From an uncultured bacterium (lineage in GTDB: Bacteria; Babelota; Babeliae; Babelales; Babelaceae), in assembly GCA_963717435.1 (NCBI GenBank), contig OY970332.1, positions 576,001-640,000 of the forward strand: DNA of 64,000 nt, written 5' to 3'. Positions 19,276 to 29,802 of the stretch are shown piece after piece. Within the stretch, counting starts at the first letter, position 1. Each line of letters starts with the position of its first letter. The notes under the pieces were generated by a model. That model ran no database searches, was not told where the DNA came from, and saw nothing but the letters and a program-made list of their open reading frames with translations. The position numbers and the translations under genes are program-made.

Positions 19276-20505
19276 GTCATCTTCGATTCTTAATAATCGA
19301 TTGTATTTTGCCATTCTTTCGCCTCTTGAAAAGCCTCCTGCTTTAATTTGTCCCGAGCTTGTTCCGACAGCAAGATCCGCGATGAACGTATCGCATGTTT
19401 CACCAGATCTGTGTGATATTACTGTCCCCATCTCTGCTGTTTTACAAAGTTTGATCGCATGTAAACTCTCAGTTATTGTTCCGACTTGGTTTGGTTTTAT
19501 TATGGCTGCATTTGCGACCTGTTTTTCTACGCCCTGAGAAATTCTATATAAATTTGTTGCGAAGATATCATCGCCAACAATCTGAACCTTATCATCTAAA
19601 GCTTTTGTTATAGCGGTCCAGGATTCCCAGTCGTCCTGAGCAAATGGATCTTCGATAGAATATATAGGATATTTTTTTATCATTTCAGAATAAACAGACA
19701 GAAGTTCTTGCGAATTTAACGGTTGTCTGTTCCATAAATAAAAATTTCTTTGAGTATCGTAAAATTGTGTCGCAGCTATATCAAGTGCAATAACAGATCT
19801 TGAACCGGTTTTTGCTGAAACTTTTTCTATAGCTTCGGTTATAATATCAAGCGCCTCAAAATCATCTTTAAAGAATGGTGCAAATCCGCCTTCGTCGCCC
19901 ACCGCAACACTTAACCCTTTTTTCTTAAGTATTTCTTTAATCTCGTTAAACACAAAAAAAGCGACTTCCATTGAGTCGCGAAAATTTGTCGCGCCAACTG
20001 GAACAACCATAAATTCTTGAATTTGCAGATTATTATTCGCGTGTGCACCACCATTTATCATGTTAAACATTGGAAATGGCAAAGCAACACTTTGTGAGCC
20101 AAATATATATGAAATCAGTTCATAAAGTTCAAGCTCTTCAAGTATTGCCTGTGCTTTGTAAATCGCCATACTTGCTGCAAGGGTAGCGTTTGCTCCCAGA
20201 TTTGATTTGTCTTCTGTCCCATCCAGTGAAATAATTTGTAGATCCATTTCTACGCCATTAGGTTCTTTGCCTAAGATTTGGCCCCCTATGATAGTTTCTA
20301 TATTTTCGACTGCTCGTGTTACTCCTAGGCCATTTAGTCTGTCAGCCCCGTCTCTTAATTCAACGGCTTCATAAAAGCCTTTTGAAATTCCCGACGGGAC
20401 GCTAGCCGATACCGCTATTTTGTCATCCAATAAAAGATCACATTGAACGGTAGGCATCCCTCGCGAGTCGAAAATCTCTCGCGCCATTACTTTGGTTATT
20501 TTCAT
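19249..20505 (-). CDS. eno: Enolase
   Basis: DSRGMPTV, GDEGGFAP, VGDD, SHRSGET and ERMAKYNRLLRIE. Confidence 0.97.
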   Translation of the reverse strand: MKITKVMAREIFDSRGMPTVQCDLLLDDKIAVSASVPSGISKGFYEAVELRDGADRLNGLGVTRAVENIETIIGGQILGKEPNGVEMDLQIISLDGTEDKSNLGANATLAASMAIYKAQAILEELELYELISYIFGSQSVALPFPMFNMINGGAHANNNLQIQEFMVVPVGATNFRDSMEVAFFVFNEIKEILKKKGLSVAVGDEGGFAPFFKDDFEALDIITEAIEKVSAKTGSRSVIALDIAATQFYDTQRNFYLWNRQPLNSQELLSVYSEMIKKYPIYSIEDPFAQDDWESWTAITKALDDKVQIVGDDIFATNLYRISQGVEKQVANAAIIKPNQVGTITESLHAIKLCKTAEMGTVISHRSGETCDTFIADLAVGTSSGQIKAGGFSRGERMAKYNRLLRIEDDLTLSLLNS

Positions 20506-20589
20506 AGTTCACCACCCCTGGATTTTTAAAATCTCTCCCTGGGTATAAACATAGAATTTTGTTCGGGACTATTTAAAGAGTTTTTTAAT

Positions 20590-23217
20590 TTAAACTCTTC
20601 CCGCCCTGATTTTAACCATTTTTTTGGTATCAAGATATTTTGAACAGACTTCTTTAACCTGAGCAATTGTAATCGCCTGGATTTGGGACGGCCGTTTTGT
20701 AAAATAACTAGAATCTAAATTATAATTATCTAAAAATAACAAAGTTAAAGCAGTTTGCTTATTGGTTCCAAAACTATCTGAAAGTGAATTTATTATAGCG
20801 TTTTTAGCGTCTTCAAACTCTTCTTGAGAAATAAAATCGCAAGCCGTATTAATGGTATTTTCTATGGCAACTTCTGCTTCTTTAAGTCTGTCATTAGAAA
20901 CTATAGTCTTGATGAACACCATTCCAGGTTGTTTATCTGCCCTTGCTATTAATGATCCGCCTATAGTATAAAATAATCCGGATCGTTCACGAAGTTCAAA
21001 AAGTTTTGAGCTCATCGACCCCAGAATTCCGCCAGTAAATATTTGATCAAACAAAAATAATTTATCGAAATCCTGACTAAGTCTGTCTACTGAAATTCCA
21101 CCATAAACCAAAACCGTCTGATCTCTATTAATATAATGGCTAAACTCGGCTTGCTTAATTGGCTCTAAATTTGGGAAAACAGGCTCGGTTATATTTTGAG
21201 CTTTCCAGTTGCTTAGATATTTTTCTACAGTTTTTTCTATATCATAACCTGAAATATCTCCCACTATGGACATTCTTGCGCCATTTGGAACTATAGATTT
21301 TTTGTAATAATCTGCCAGATCTTGTCTGGTTATTTTTTCTATAACCTCTTCTGTTCCGAGAGAATTTTTGCTATACGGGTGATTTTTATAAAGTTTTTCT
21401 TTTAAAATTTGCCCGATAAACTCGTTGGGGCTATCCCAGAAATTTTTAATATCAGATATTGTTTGAGCTTTAATTTTTGATACAGATTTTTCTGAAAATT
21501 TAGAATTTATTAAAATATCAGATAATATATCAAGCCCTTTTTCAAAATCTTTTGTAAGCAAACTTAGCTGAATCTGTCCCGGCGAAGAGATCAAATTTAT
21601 GCCGTTCGATTCAAGTTCTGTAGCAAGTTCAGAAGCAGAATATTTATCTGTACCTTCAAGTAACATGTCTGATACTAGATTTAATATCCCCTGTTTGTCT
21701 TGAGGATCGTAATAGCTTTTTGTTTTAAAATCTAAAATAATATCGATCTTAGAAAGTGTGGGATTATTATAATAAAGTAATTTTAAGTTGTTTTTTAAAG
21801 TTACAGATTTTCCTGATGGGAACTCAAATTTTTTAACAGGGTTTGGCTTTACCGACAAAACATGTGACCCTTGTTCGACATCTAATTCCCGAGATTTCCC
21901 TGCCAAAAATTCTACATCTTGCTCGTCAGAGATCTCTTGAATTTTTAATAAATTTTCTCTTTCTTCTTCTACTATCGGCAGAACTAAACCCTTGTGCATA
22001 ACAGATGGTCTTAGAAACTCTGAAATATTTTCTTTAACTTTGTTAATATTATTTGGGTTGTTAGCTTCGTCTAAATAATTATATATATACTCTGGGTCAC
22101 CTGTGGCTAAAAACATTTCTCCCAAAAGCGAGCACTGTTGATGGTTACTTTCAAGAAGTGAAAAATAGTCTATTTCGGTTTTATTATTAGCTCTTATAAG
22201 TTCCTGCTTAGTTATGCCATTATTAGTTATATCAGCAAGTTCTTGGGTTATTATTTCTATAATTTTATCTATGTTTTTTTGCTCAAATGGCTGGAAATGC
22301 AACAAAAATATTGAACGATCAAAATTTTCCCAAGTAGAGCACTCGATATCGACAACAAGATTAAGTTCATCAACAAGTTTTTTGTATAATCTTGAGCCGT
22401 CACCTTGTGCAATTATCAGCGCGATTATGTTCCAGATATATCCCTGTTTTTCCCTTGAGCCTGGTATTTCCCAGACCAAAGAAACTATTGGCTGTTGAAT
22501 GTCTCGATATATTGTTACAGCTTTTGAAGACAAATCTTGTGAATGATAAAACTGTTCTTTTGTATAACTCAAATTTGGTTCTATGCTACCAAAATTTTCT
22601 TGGGCCAGCTCAAAAACTTCTTGATGTTTAACATCGCCAACTACAACAAGTGTCGCATTATTTGGCCAATAGTGCTTATTATAAAAATTTACTAAAGCAT
22701 CTTTTTCCATGCTCCATAAATCTTGCTTATAGCCAATTATTGGGTGATGATACGGGTGATCGGCAAATATTGAGCCAAGAAGTTGTTGAAGCACAGTTAG
22801 CAAGTAGTTATCTTTGCGCATCTTTAATTCTTGTATTACAGCTTTTACTTCTGAATTCAAAAATTCTTGCTTAAATGAGCAGTTTTTCATGCAATCGGCC
22901 ATTATCGGCAAAGACTCGTGCCAATTTTGGGACGGAAAATCAAAAAGATAACCCGTATAGTCATATGATGTAAATGCGTTGCATACGCCGGATAGTTTAT
23001 GTGTTATGAGGTTTATATCAGATTCAGAAAGCTTATCTGTCCCCTTGAATATCATATGCTCAATAAAATGCGCAATACCCTTTTCTCCAGTTTTTTCATC
23101 TTTTGAGCCCACATTATACCAGAGCTGTATTGAAACTTTAGGAGTATTATGTCTTTCAACAACAAGTATATTTAGCCCATTATCTAATTTATGTTGAAAC
23201 ACTTTGGGTTTTTGCAT
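20590..23217 (-). CDS. M16 family zinc peptidase (fused two-half form)
   Basis: Inverted zinc motif HFIEH, NAFTSYDYTGY and HPYHHPIIG; second half carries SKLFELRERSGLFY. Confidence 0.92.
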   Translation of the reverse strand: MQKPKVFQHKLDNGLNILVVERHNTPKVSIQLWYNVGSKDEKTGEKGIAHFIEHMIFKGTDKLSESDINLITHKLSGVCNAFTSYDYTGYLFDFPSQNWHESLPIMADCMKNCSFKQEFLNSEVKAVIQELKMRKDNYLLTVLQQLLGSIFADHPYHHPIIGYKQDLWSMEKDALVNFYNKHYWPNNATLVVVGDVKHQEVFELAQENFGSIEPNLSYTKEQFYHSQDLSSKAVTIYRDIQQPIVSLVWEIPGSREKQGYIWNIIALIIAQGDGSRLYKKLVDELNLVVDIECSTWENFDRSIFLLHFQPFEQKNIDKIIEIITQELADITNNGITKQELIRANNKTEIDYFSLLESNHQQCSLLGEMFLATGDPEYIYNYLDEANNPNNINKVKENISEFLRPSVMHKGLVLPIVEEERENLLKIQEISDEQDVEFLAGKSRELDVEQGSHVLSVKPNPVKKFEFPSGKSVTLKNNLKLLYYNNPTLSKIDIILDFKTKSYYDPQDKQGILNLVSDMLLEGTDKYSASELATELESNGINLISSPGQIQLSLLTKDFEKGLDILSDILINSKFSEKSVSKIKAQTISDIKNFWDSPNEFIGQILKEKLYKNHPYSKNSLGTEEVIEKITRQDLADYYKKSIVPNGARMSIVGDISGYDIEKTVEKYLSNWKAQNITEPVFPNLEPIKQAEFSHYINRDQTVLVYGGISVDRLSQDFDKLFLFDQIFTGGILGSMSSKLFELRERSGLFYTIGGSLIARADKQPGMVFIKTIVSNDRLKEAEVAIENTINTACDFISQEEFEDAKNAIINSLSDSFGTNKQTALTLLFLDNYNLDSSYFTKRPSQIQAITIAQVKEVCSKYLDTKKMVKIRAGRV

Positions 23218-23339
23218 TTGTATTGCTTTCTTGATTTTCTTGAAAAATAGATTTTTTTATAGATTATTTAGTTTCTATTATTTTACTAAATAATTCTTGA
23301 GTCTGAAATATAATCTTTGTATATGGACAAATTTTTGGC

Positions 23340-23375
23340 AAAAAAATAGGCGGCTAAGCTTAATACTTACCGCCC
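23340..23375 (-). terminator. Intrinsic terminator after the histone-like gene
   Basis: GGCGG/CCGCC-based stem with A-run on the + strand (U-tract on -). Confidence 0.6.
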
Positions 23376-23391
23376 AATAAATAGTCTAGGA

Positions 23392-23688
23392 TTATTCTCC
23401 TGCTATTCCCCACATTGGCTTGTTAGCATGTGCTTTAGCAGGTCTGCGAGTCATAGGAGTTGTTTTTCTGCCTTTAGCTGTTTTTGCTTTTGATGCTTTA
23501 GCTTTGGCTGACTTAGCTTTTGCTTTTTTAGCTTTCGCTCTTTTTGGAGCAGCTTTTTTAGCGTGAGCTTTCTTAGCAGCTTTTCTTTTTTTCGGAGCAG
23601 CTTTTTTTGCAGTTTTTCTTTTAGCTACTCTTTTTTTTGTTGCCTTTTTTGCAGCTTTCTTAGCAACTTTTTTACGTTTTACTACCAT
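23392..23688 (-). CDS. Histone H1-like Lys/Ala-rich nucleoid protein
   Basis: Dominated by K/A repeats (KKAAKK, KKAAPK); GGGAG RBS before ATG 23688; own terminator. Confidence 0.8.
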   Translation of the reverse strand: MVVKRKKVAKKAAKKATKKRVAKRKTAKKAAPKKRKAAKKAHAKKAAPKRAKAKKAKAKSAKAKASKAKTAKGRKTTPMTRRPAKAHANKPMWGIAGE

Positions 23689-23809
23689 GACCACTCCCTT
23701 TTTTTAGGCTTACTGGGTTTTAAAAACTTTTCATGCCATAGTTAATACTATTACCTCTTCCATACTAAATAATATTTTTACCCAAGGTCAAGAAATTAGT
23801 ATTTATTTT

Positions 23810-24304
23810 TTATTTTATTTTTAATTCTGGTTTGCCTTGGCTGTTTATAAACAGTACGACTTTGGTTATCTCAGAGATGGTTTCCGGATGATTTAGATCC
23901 AGTTTTTCTGGAGATTTTTTTTCAAAATTATATTTTGTTTTTTGTGCAAACATTAACCCGTCTTCATTTTTCCATATGCCAAACTTGCCCAAATTTGTGA
24001 TAACTTTTAGTGCGCCTTTGGGAATATAAAACTTATCTTGGGTAAAATCTACAATATTTCTGCTGACAGAAATAAAAGGTATCTCTATTTCTCTGTTAAT
24101 CTTTTTTTTGCTTAAAACATCTATAATTTTTTCGGCCCCAAGTTTCAAATTTGCTTTGGAGTCTGATTTGTTGTCTATTTCTACGATAGTTACTTTTTTT
24201 CTATTATTTGTTAACTCTAGACCAAAAATATTGTAACTATTGCCAAGTGACGATATTAACAAAATTAATAAAACCGCTTTTAATTTAGAAACTGATTTCT
24301 TCAT
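23810..24304 (-). CDS. Secreted hypothetical protein
   Basis: Signal peptide from ATG 24304 after GGGG RBS. Confidence 0.55.
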   Translation of the reverse strand: MKKSVSKLKAVLLILLISSLGNSYNIFGLELTNNRKKVTIVEIDNKSDSKANLKLGAEKIIDVLSKKKINREIEIPFISVSRNIVDFTQDKFYIPKGALKVITNLGKFGIWKNEDGLMFAQKTKYNFEKKSPEKLDLNHPETISEITKVVLFINSQGKPELKIK

Positions 24305-24435
24305 GAATTTTAACCCCAAAATTAATTTATTTTTTACTGTTTTTGCCCATTAAAGCTAAAATAGCTTATATAATTTGCTTATATATACAGTATAAAAGAC
24401 TATAAATTAGCGTCAAATGGTGGAGTTTTGGCAAT

Positions 24436-24468
24436 AAAAAACGGCTTTCGTGATCTTAACGAAAGCCG
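24436..24468 (-). terminator. Intrinsic terminator
   Basis: CGGCTTTCGT/ACGAAAGCCG 10-bp stem with A6 on the + strand. Confidence 0.75.
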
Positions 24469-24493
24469 CCAAATAATCAAATATTTTGGTTGA

Positions 24494-24733
24494 TTAGCGA
24501 GCGCAAGATTCGTGAGGCATAAAGATGCTCACCAAGCTTAATATACCTGCTGCCAATACAACGTACTTAATTGGGTTCACTAGGTTAGCCATGTTTTGTT
24601 GAACCATAGATGACATGAAGAAATCATAATCAAATGCTGTTAAGCCAACATTAAGTGCAGCAAGAGCAGCTATGATCCAAGCAGCTTTGTATACATATTT
24701 CAACACGTGTGAGTGGTGCATTTGTTTTGCCAT
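24494..24733 (-). CDS. Small two-TM protein, DUF378-like
   Basis: AALNVGL...FDYDFF...YVVLAAGILSL pattern; GGAG RBS before ATG 24733. Confidence 0.55.
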   Translation of the reverse strand: MAKQMHHSHVLKYVYKAAWIIAALAALNVGLTAFDYDFFMSSMVQQNMANLVNPIKYVVLAAGILSLVSIFMPHESCAR

Positions 24734-24829
24734 TAAAAAGTCTCCTTTTTTTAGAAAGAAAAAAAATACTATCAAAAACAGGCTATCTAATTAAATTTTG
24801 AATGTAAATAGTTCTGTACTTATATTGTC

Positions 24830-26155
24830 TTAAACCTTAATGATTTTGGGGTATTTTATTGCTAATATAAGTATAGAAATTACGTTAGGCAGGGCCACCA
24901 GAGCCAGAATAATATCCATTATTGCCCAGATTAATGGGACGTCGCACATTGCGCCCGCAAAAGTTACAAGTGCAGCGAAAATATAGTAAAGTTTTATAAA
25001 TTTATATCCCCAAATCGAAGCGAAGCTCTGACCTCCATTAAAAGTGTTGCCGACTATAGTGATAATTACAAAAATGGTCACACTCAAAAGAAGTATGAAT
25101 TTCCCAAAGAATTGCGAATTTTGACTAAATGCATCGTAAACTAAAGCTGAACTAAATGTCGCATTTGTCCAGGTTTTTGTTGTGATTGCAAGAAGTCCAG
25201 AAAGTGTACATAAGAATATATTTGCAAATCCTGAAAACATGGCCAAAATACCCTGATCACTTGGCTTATCAATATCAGAAAATGCATGGGCAATCGCCGA
25301 TGTTCCCAGTCCAGATTCTGTAATAAACACACTTTTATAGACCCCCTCTTTTAGGGCAACAAATACTGTTGCTCCCAAAAAACCACCAAGTGCCGCGCAT
25401 GGGGAAAATATGTGAGTAAAAACAAGATTTATAGATTTTGATAATAATACTGGGTCTTTTAATAAAATTACTAACGTATAACTAACATATAGTACAAAAA
25501 CAAATGGGATAATTTTGCTTGCCATCGAGCCGATTCTCTTTATTCCTCCCAAAACGACAACCAAAACCAATACTGACGCCAAGATACCCGTTAGCCAAAG
25601 TGGTATGTTTTCACGTGAGTATATGGAAGCTAAAGTATTGGTTTGAAGTCCGCACCAACCCACAAATAAGAACATAGTCGAAATTGCATACCAAGACGCC
25701 AATTTCGGGCTTATGATTTTAAGATACTGCGCAGGTCCGCCAATTATTTCCCCCGTTTTTGTGACCGATCTTGAATAAACCGAAAATGTAACTTCAACAA
25801 ATTTAACTACCATAGAAAGTAAAATATAAACAATTAACCAAAATAGAGCCCCGGGTCCGCCAACGGCTATGGCCATCGTTGGCCCGACTATATTCCCCAT
25901 GCCTATGGTTGTTGTCATGGCTGTAAATAAAGCTTGTATTGGAGAGATAGTTTTTAGTTTTTTATCACTTATATCAGCAGTGTTATATTTTTTTGTCCTA
26001 TATTGTGATCCCAAAATTTTCCAGAATCTGTGTAGTGCCCTGATCTGCACAAATCTTGTTTTGAATGTTAAAATTACGGCAACAGACATGAAAACTATCG
26101 TTGTTGGAATTGCCAATAAACTATTAACTTGCGTGGCACAATCTAGCAGTGTCAT
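24830..26155 (-). CDS. Alanine/glycine:cation symporter (AGCS) family
   Basis: ISPIQAL, IGMGNIVG, GGPGALFW, GGPAQY and ESGLGTSAIAHA motifs. Confidence 0.92.
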   Translation of the reverse strand: MTLLDCATQVNSLLAIPTTIVFMSVAVILTFKTRFVQIRALHRFWKILGSQYRTKKYNTADISDKKLKTISPIQALFTAMTTTIGMGNIVGPTMAIAVGGPGALFWLIVYILLSMVVKFVEVTFSVYSRSVTKTGEIIGGPAQYLKIISPKLASWYAISTMFLFVGWCGLQTNTLASIYSRENIPLWLTGILASVLVLVVVLGGIKRIGSMASKIIPFVFVLYVSYTLVILLKDPVLLSKSINLVFTHIFSPCAALGGFLGATVFVALKEGVYKSVFITESGLGTSAIAHAFSDIDKPSDQGILAMFSGFANIFLCTLSGLLAITTKTWTNATFSSALVYDAFSQNSQFFGKFILLLSVTIFVIITIVGNTFNGGQSFASIWGYKFIKLYYIFAALVTFAGAMCDVPLIWAIMDIILALVALPNVISILILAIKYPKIIKV

Positions 26156-26176
26156 ATTTAACTTTCGTAATTTAAA

Positions 26177-26551
26177 TTATAATTTTGAAGAGCCCGTCGG
26201 TGATATTGGCGTCAAAAGCAATACCCTTCTTACAAGTTTCCAAGTGTCAAGCTCCTGCTTGATATGATTTATACTTTCTGCTTCTTTTTTCTCTAGTTCC
26301 GAGATATTTAATAAATTATTTTTTTCTTTGATTATCTTTGATGCTAGCTCTATAAAATCTAGTTTTTCTCTATTATTTTCAAAATAAAATTTGTTTACGT
26401 TATCAAATATAATCTGTGAGGTTTTTGTAGAATCTCTGTTTATCATAGCGAGTTCCAACTGGAGATTGATCGGTTTTTCTTCATAGCCCCTATTGGTCCC
26501 AACAGTAGAATTTGCTGCTGCCATTAAAAGTAAATAGATGTACTCTTTCAT
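26177..26551 (-). CDS. Hypothetical protein
   Basis: 124-aa ORF with hydrophobic N-terminus. Confidence 0.45.
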   Translation of the reverse strand: MKEYIYLLLMAAANSTVGTNRGYEEKPINLQLELAMINRDSTKTSQIIFDNVNKFYFENNREKLDFIELASKIIKEKNNLLNISELEKKEAESINHIKQELDTWKLVRRVLLLTPISPTGSSKL

Positions 26552-26720
26552 GCGACTCTCTTGCTTAATAAATAGTAAACTTAAAAACTAACTTGAAAAC
26601 CGGTTATATTATAAAGCTATTTAAAATTAATAAAATAAAAAAATTAAGCTTGGTTTAGTTTGCCCAACAACCAATTAGGGTGTAAATTAAGTTTGTGCTG
26701 TTTAAAAGTAAAGAAAAAAT

Positions 26721-27371
26721 ATGACTAATTTATCAAAAATTTTATTACACAATATAAGCAAAAGTTTTGTTCAAGCAAAACATGAAAAGATTAACGTAAT
26801 AAAAAATATAAATTTTGAATTTATTCAGGGCCATTCATATGGTTTATCGGGAGTTTCCGGTACGGGAAAATCTACTTTGCTTTATATTATTGCAAATCTA
26901 GAATCTCCAAGTTCTGGTCAAGTTGAGTATCAAAATTTGGGCACCGAAGATATAGGGCTTGTCTTTCAATATCCATATTTAATTCCGGAACTTACTGTTT
27001 TGGAAAATGTAATCTTAAAGGGTTTAATTTCAGGTAGGTCGATATTAGATTGTAAAAAAGAAGGGCTTGAGCTTTTAAAGACTGTTGGGATTTTTGAAAA
27101 AGCAGAAAGTAGCACGGGCGCTCTTTCTGGTGGTCAACAGCAAAGAGTTGCAATTTGTCGTGCCATATTTAACAGGCCAAAATTTTTATTTGCTGATGAA
27201 CCAACGGCCCATCTTGATAAAGATAATGCAAGACAAATAATAGATTTATTATTGTCTGCAAAAAAAAATTGGAACATGGGTCTGATTGTTAGCTCACACG
27301 ATCCTGAAGTTACATCTTTGATGGATAATGTTCTTGAGATTAGTGATGGAAATTTAGTTAAACAAATATAA
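26721..27371 (+). CDS. LolD/MacB-like ABC ATP-binding protein
   Basis: GVSGTGKS, LSGGQQQRVAI and ADEPTAHLD. Confidence 0.85.
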   Translation: MTNLSKILLHNISKSFVQAKHEKINVIKNINFEFIQGHSYGLSGVSGTGKSTLLYIIANLESPSSGQVEYQNLGTEDIGLVFQYPYLIPELTVLENVILKGLISGRSILDCKKEGLELLKTVGIFEKAESSTGALSGGQQQRVAICRAIFNRPKFLFADEPTAHLDKDNARQIIDLLLSAKKNWNMGLIVSSHDPEVTSLMDNVLEISDGNLVKQI

Positions 27372-27397
27372 ATTCAACATAAATATCTGGGTTTAAA

Positions 27398-28978
27398 ATG
27401 TCTAAATTATCACGTAGAACCATAATAAAAAAAACAGCGATGGTAGGGCTTTCAACTCTTTTTAGCAGATTATTAGGCGTTGTTCGTGAAGTCTTAAAAG
27501 TCAGATATCTTGGTGCCGGTGCAATGGCCGATGCCTTTAATATGGCATTCAAAATCCCCAATACATTAAGAAAAGTTTTTGCAGAAGGGGCCCTTAGCGC
27601 ATCTTTTATACCAACTCTTGTTGCGATCCAAAAAAAAGATGAACATGATCAAGTTAATAAATTAATGTCTTTAATGTTTATTGTTTTTGAAGGCTTTTTA
27701 TTAGCGCTATGCTTCTTAATATTCTGGAAAGCAAGTTTTATTGTATCTTTCTTGGCGCCAGGGTTTGTTCAAGCAGGCGCTGATCCAGAAAGATTTTTGG
27801 CGGCCGTTAAGTTAACAAGAATTACTATCTTTTTTATATTCTTTGTTTCAAGCAGTGCTCTTTGCGCAGGCGCATTGCAATCGATTCATCAATTTTTTAT
27901 ACCTACTTTGGGGCCAATTTTATTAAATATTTCTTTTATTGCCGGGTTAATTATCTCACTTTATTATAAACTGCCAGTTGAACAATTTGCGCTGTTTGTT
28001 CTTTTTGGAGGCGTTTTGCAACTTCTCTTGCACATATTTGCTTATCTAAAAAATAATTTTTCTGTGGGTGTGCCAGATCAAACTACTTGGAAAAATTTCA
28101 GAACAGTTTTGTTTAAATTTTTGCCATGTCTTTTAAGCATGAGCGCAATCGAGATAAATTTAACGATAGATCAGATGCTTGCATCTTATTTGCCAGTTGG
28201 ATCTATATCGCTATTAACATACGCATTTGATTTCACACGCATAGCCCTGGGGGTTTTTGCGGTAGCATTTTCAACTGTTTTATTGCCCCATTTTTCTAGA
28301 GTTAACGAATACGCGCCAAAGAGACTCAGCTTTTATCTTCTTGAGTCCACAAAATTAATTTTTTGGGTAACTGTTCCTGTTGCCATAATTATGAGCTTTT
28401 TCAGTCACAAAATATTTTATACCATATTATATTGCGACAACTTCCCAATCGAAAAAGTCATACAGGCAGCTTCGATTTTGTCCGCATTTTTGGTGGGGCT
28501 GTTTTTCTTTTCACTTAATAAAATTTTGCTAAGTATTTATTATTCAAAGCATAGTACGTTCTTGCCAACGGTTATATCTTTTGTTGGTACCGCTTTTAAT
28601 ACGATATTAAACCTTATTTTAATAAAAGTTTGGGGTGTCTATGGGCTTGCGATTGCAACTTCATCAGCCGCTGCTTTACAGTCAGCTTTATTTATTTATA
28701 TGTTACATAAAAGATTTAAGTTCCAGATTTATATTAAAAATTTTCTTGAATTTATTTTTAGATATACAGTTCAGCTTTCTGCAATTGGCTTGTTGTTTTA
28801 CTTAATTTATCTTGGATTAAATTATTTAATTTTATATTTTATGTCAGAATTTTTATCTTATTATTTACTAGAAACAGTTTTATTTTGGACATGGGTTGCG
28901 CCACTTGTTGCAGCAATGTTCGGTTTGATATATCTTTCAAGAAAATTTTTTAAGGTAAAAATATATTTTTTAAACTGA
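27398..28978 (+). CDS. murJ: Lipid II flippase MurJ
   Basis: SRLLGVVRE, DAFNMAFKIPNTLRKVFAEGALSASFIP; many TM helices. Confidence 0.95.
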   Translation: MSKLSRRTIIKKTAMVGLSTLFSRLLGVVREVLKVRYLGAGAMADAFNMAFKIPNTLRKVFAEGALSASFIPTLVAIQKKDEHDQVNKLMSLMFIVFEGFLLALCFLIFWKASFIVSFLAPGFVQAGADPERFLAAVKLTRITIFFIFFVSSSALCAGALQSIHQFFIPTLGPILLNISFIAGLIISLYYKLPVEQFALFVLFGGVLQLLLHIFAYLKNNFSVGVPDQTTWKNFRTVLFKFLPCLLSMSAIEINLTIDQMLASYLPVGSISLLTYAFDFTRIALGVFAVAFSTVLLPHFSRVNEYAPKRLSFYLLESTKLIFWVTVPVAIIMSFFSHKIFYTILYCDNFPIEKVIQAASILSAFLVGLFFFSLNKILLSIYYSKHSTFLPTVISFVGTAFNTILNLILIKVWGVYGLAIATSSAAALQSALFIYMLHKRFKFQIYIKNFLEFIFRYTVQLSAIGLLFYLIYLGLNYLILYFMSEFLSYYLLETVLFWTWVAPLVAAMFGLIYLSRKFFKVKIYFLN

Positions 28979-28997
28979 TAAAATTAGGTTAGCGTAA

Positions 28998-29417
28998 ATG
29001 AAACTTGAGACGTCCGCTGGATTTATTATCTTTACAAAAGAAAATGGAATAATTAAATATCTTCTGTTGCATTATACTTCCGGCCACTGGGATTTTCCTA
29101 AAGGCAAATTGGAGGCTGGTGAAACCAAGCATGAGGCTGCTGTTCGTGAGCTTGAAGAAGAAACTGGCTTGAAATGCAAAATTATCGACGGCTTTGAGCG
29201 TCGCGTATCATATATATTTAAAAATAAATCTGATGAGCTTGTTTCAAAAGAAGTTACACTTTTTTTGGGGGAAACTAGTACGCAAGAGATTCGGCTGTCT
29301 CCAGAGCACATAGATTATAAATGGCTGGAATTTGCACCTGCCTTTAATAAAATTACATTTGCCAACGCAAGACATGCATTAAAATTTGCAGATGAATTTT
29401 TAAAAGGTAAAAAATAG
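28998..29417 (+). CDS. NUDIX hydrolase (Ap4A hydrolase-like)
   Basis: GHWDFPKGKLEAGETKHEAAVRELEEETGL Nudix box; LSPEH motif. Confidence 0.9.
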   Translation: MKLETSAGFIIFTKENGIIKYLLLHYTSGHWDFPKGKLEAGETKHEAAVRELEEETGLKCKIIDGFERRVSYIFKNKSDELVSKEVTLFLGETSTQEIRLSPEHIDYKWLEFAPAFNKITFANARHALKFADEFLKGKK

Positions 29418-29426
29418 TTTTTTTTA

Positions 29427-29564
29427 TTATAAGATTCTTATTTGTTTAATTTGTTTTATCTGGTTAATAGCTGAATGTAAATTTTCTGAGATTAAAAAAT
29501 TGCATAAAAACAACGTTAAACTTATAAAAAATACGAATTTTACTAATCTTTTTGTGTCTTGCAT
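29427..29564 (-). CDS. Small 45-aa hydrophobic peptide (not in ORF track)
   Basis: GGAGA RBS, ATG 29564; MQDTKRLVKFVFFISLTLFLCNFLISENLHSAINQIKQIKQIRIL*. Confidence 0.4.
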   Translation of the reverse strand: MQDTKRLVKFVFFISLTLFLCNFLISENLHSAINQIKQIKQIRIL

Positions 29565-29693
29565 GATAAATCTCCATTTTTTTATTTACTCTCTAGCTAT
29601 TTATATAATAGAATATTTTAGATATTAAAAACAATAGTTTTTTTATTAAATTGCCAATATAATTTAAATTATATTGTTTTATAATCTTGCCTG

Positions 29694-29786
29694 AAATTTT
29701 ATTCGCCGTCGCTTTAGCGCGGGCGGGTTTGGCTGTGGCGTAATTTCGCGCGATACACCGGATTTTAATCCGGAGAGCGTTTCATT
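29694..29786. repeat. Structured intergenic repeat family B, copy 1
   Basis: aaattttattcgccgtcgct...ggcgtaatttcgcgc...ccggattttaatccgg...gagcgtttcatt; homologous to 34030-34109. Confidence 0.85.
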
Positions 29787-29802
29787 AATATAGGGAGCTA
29801 TT

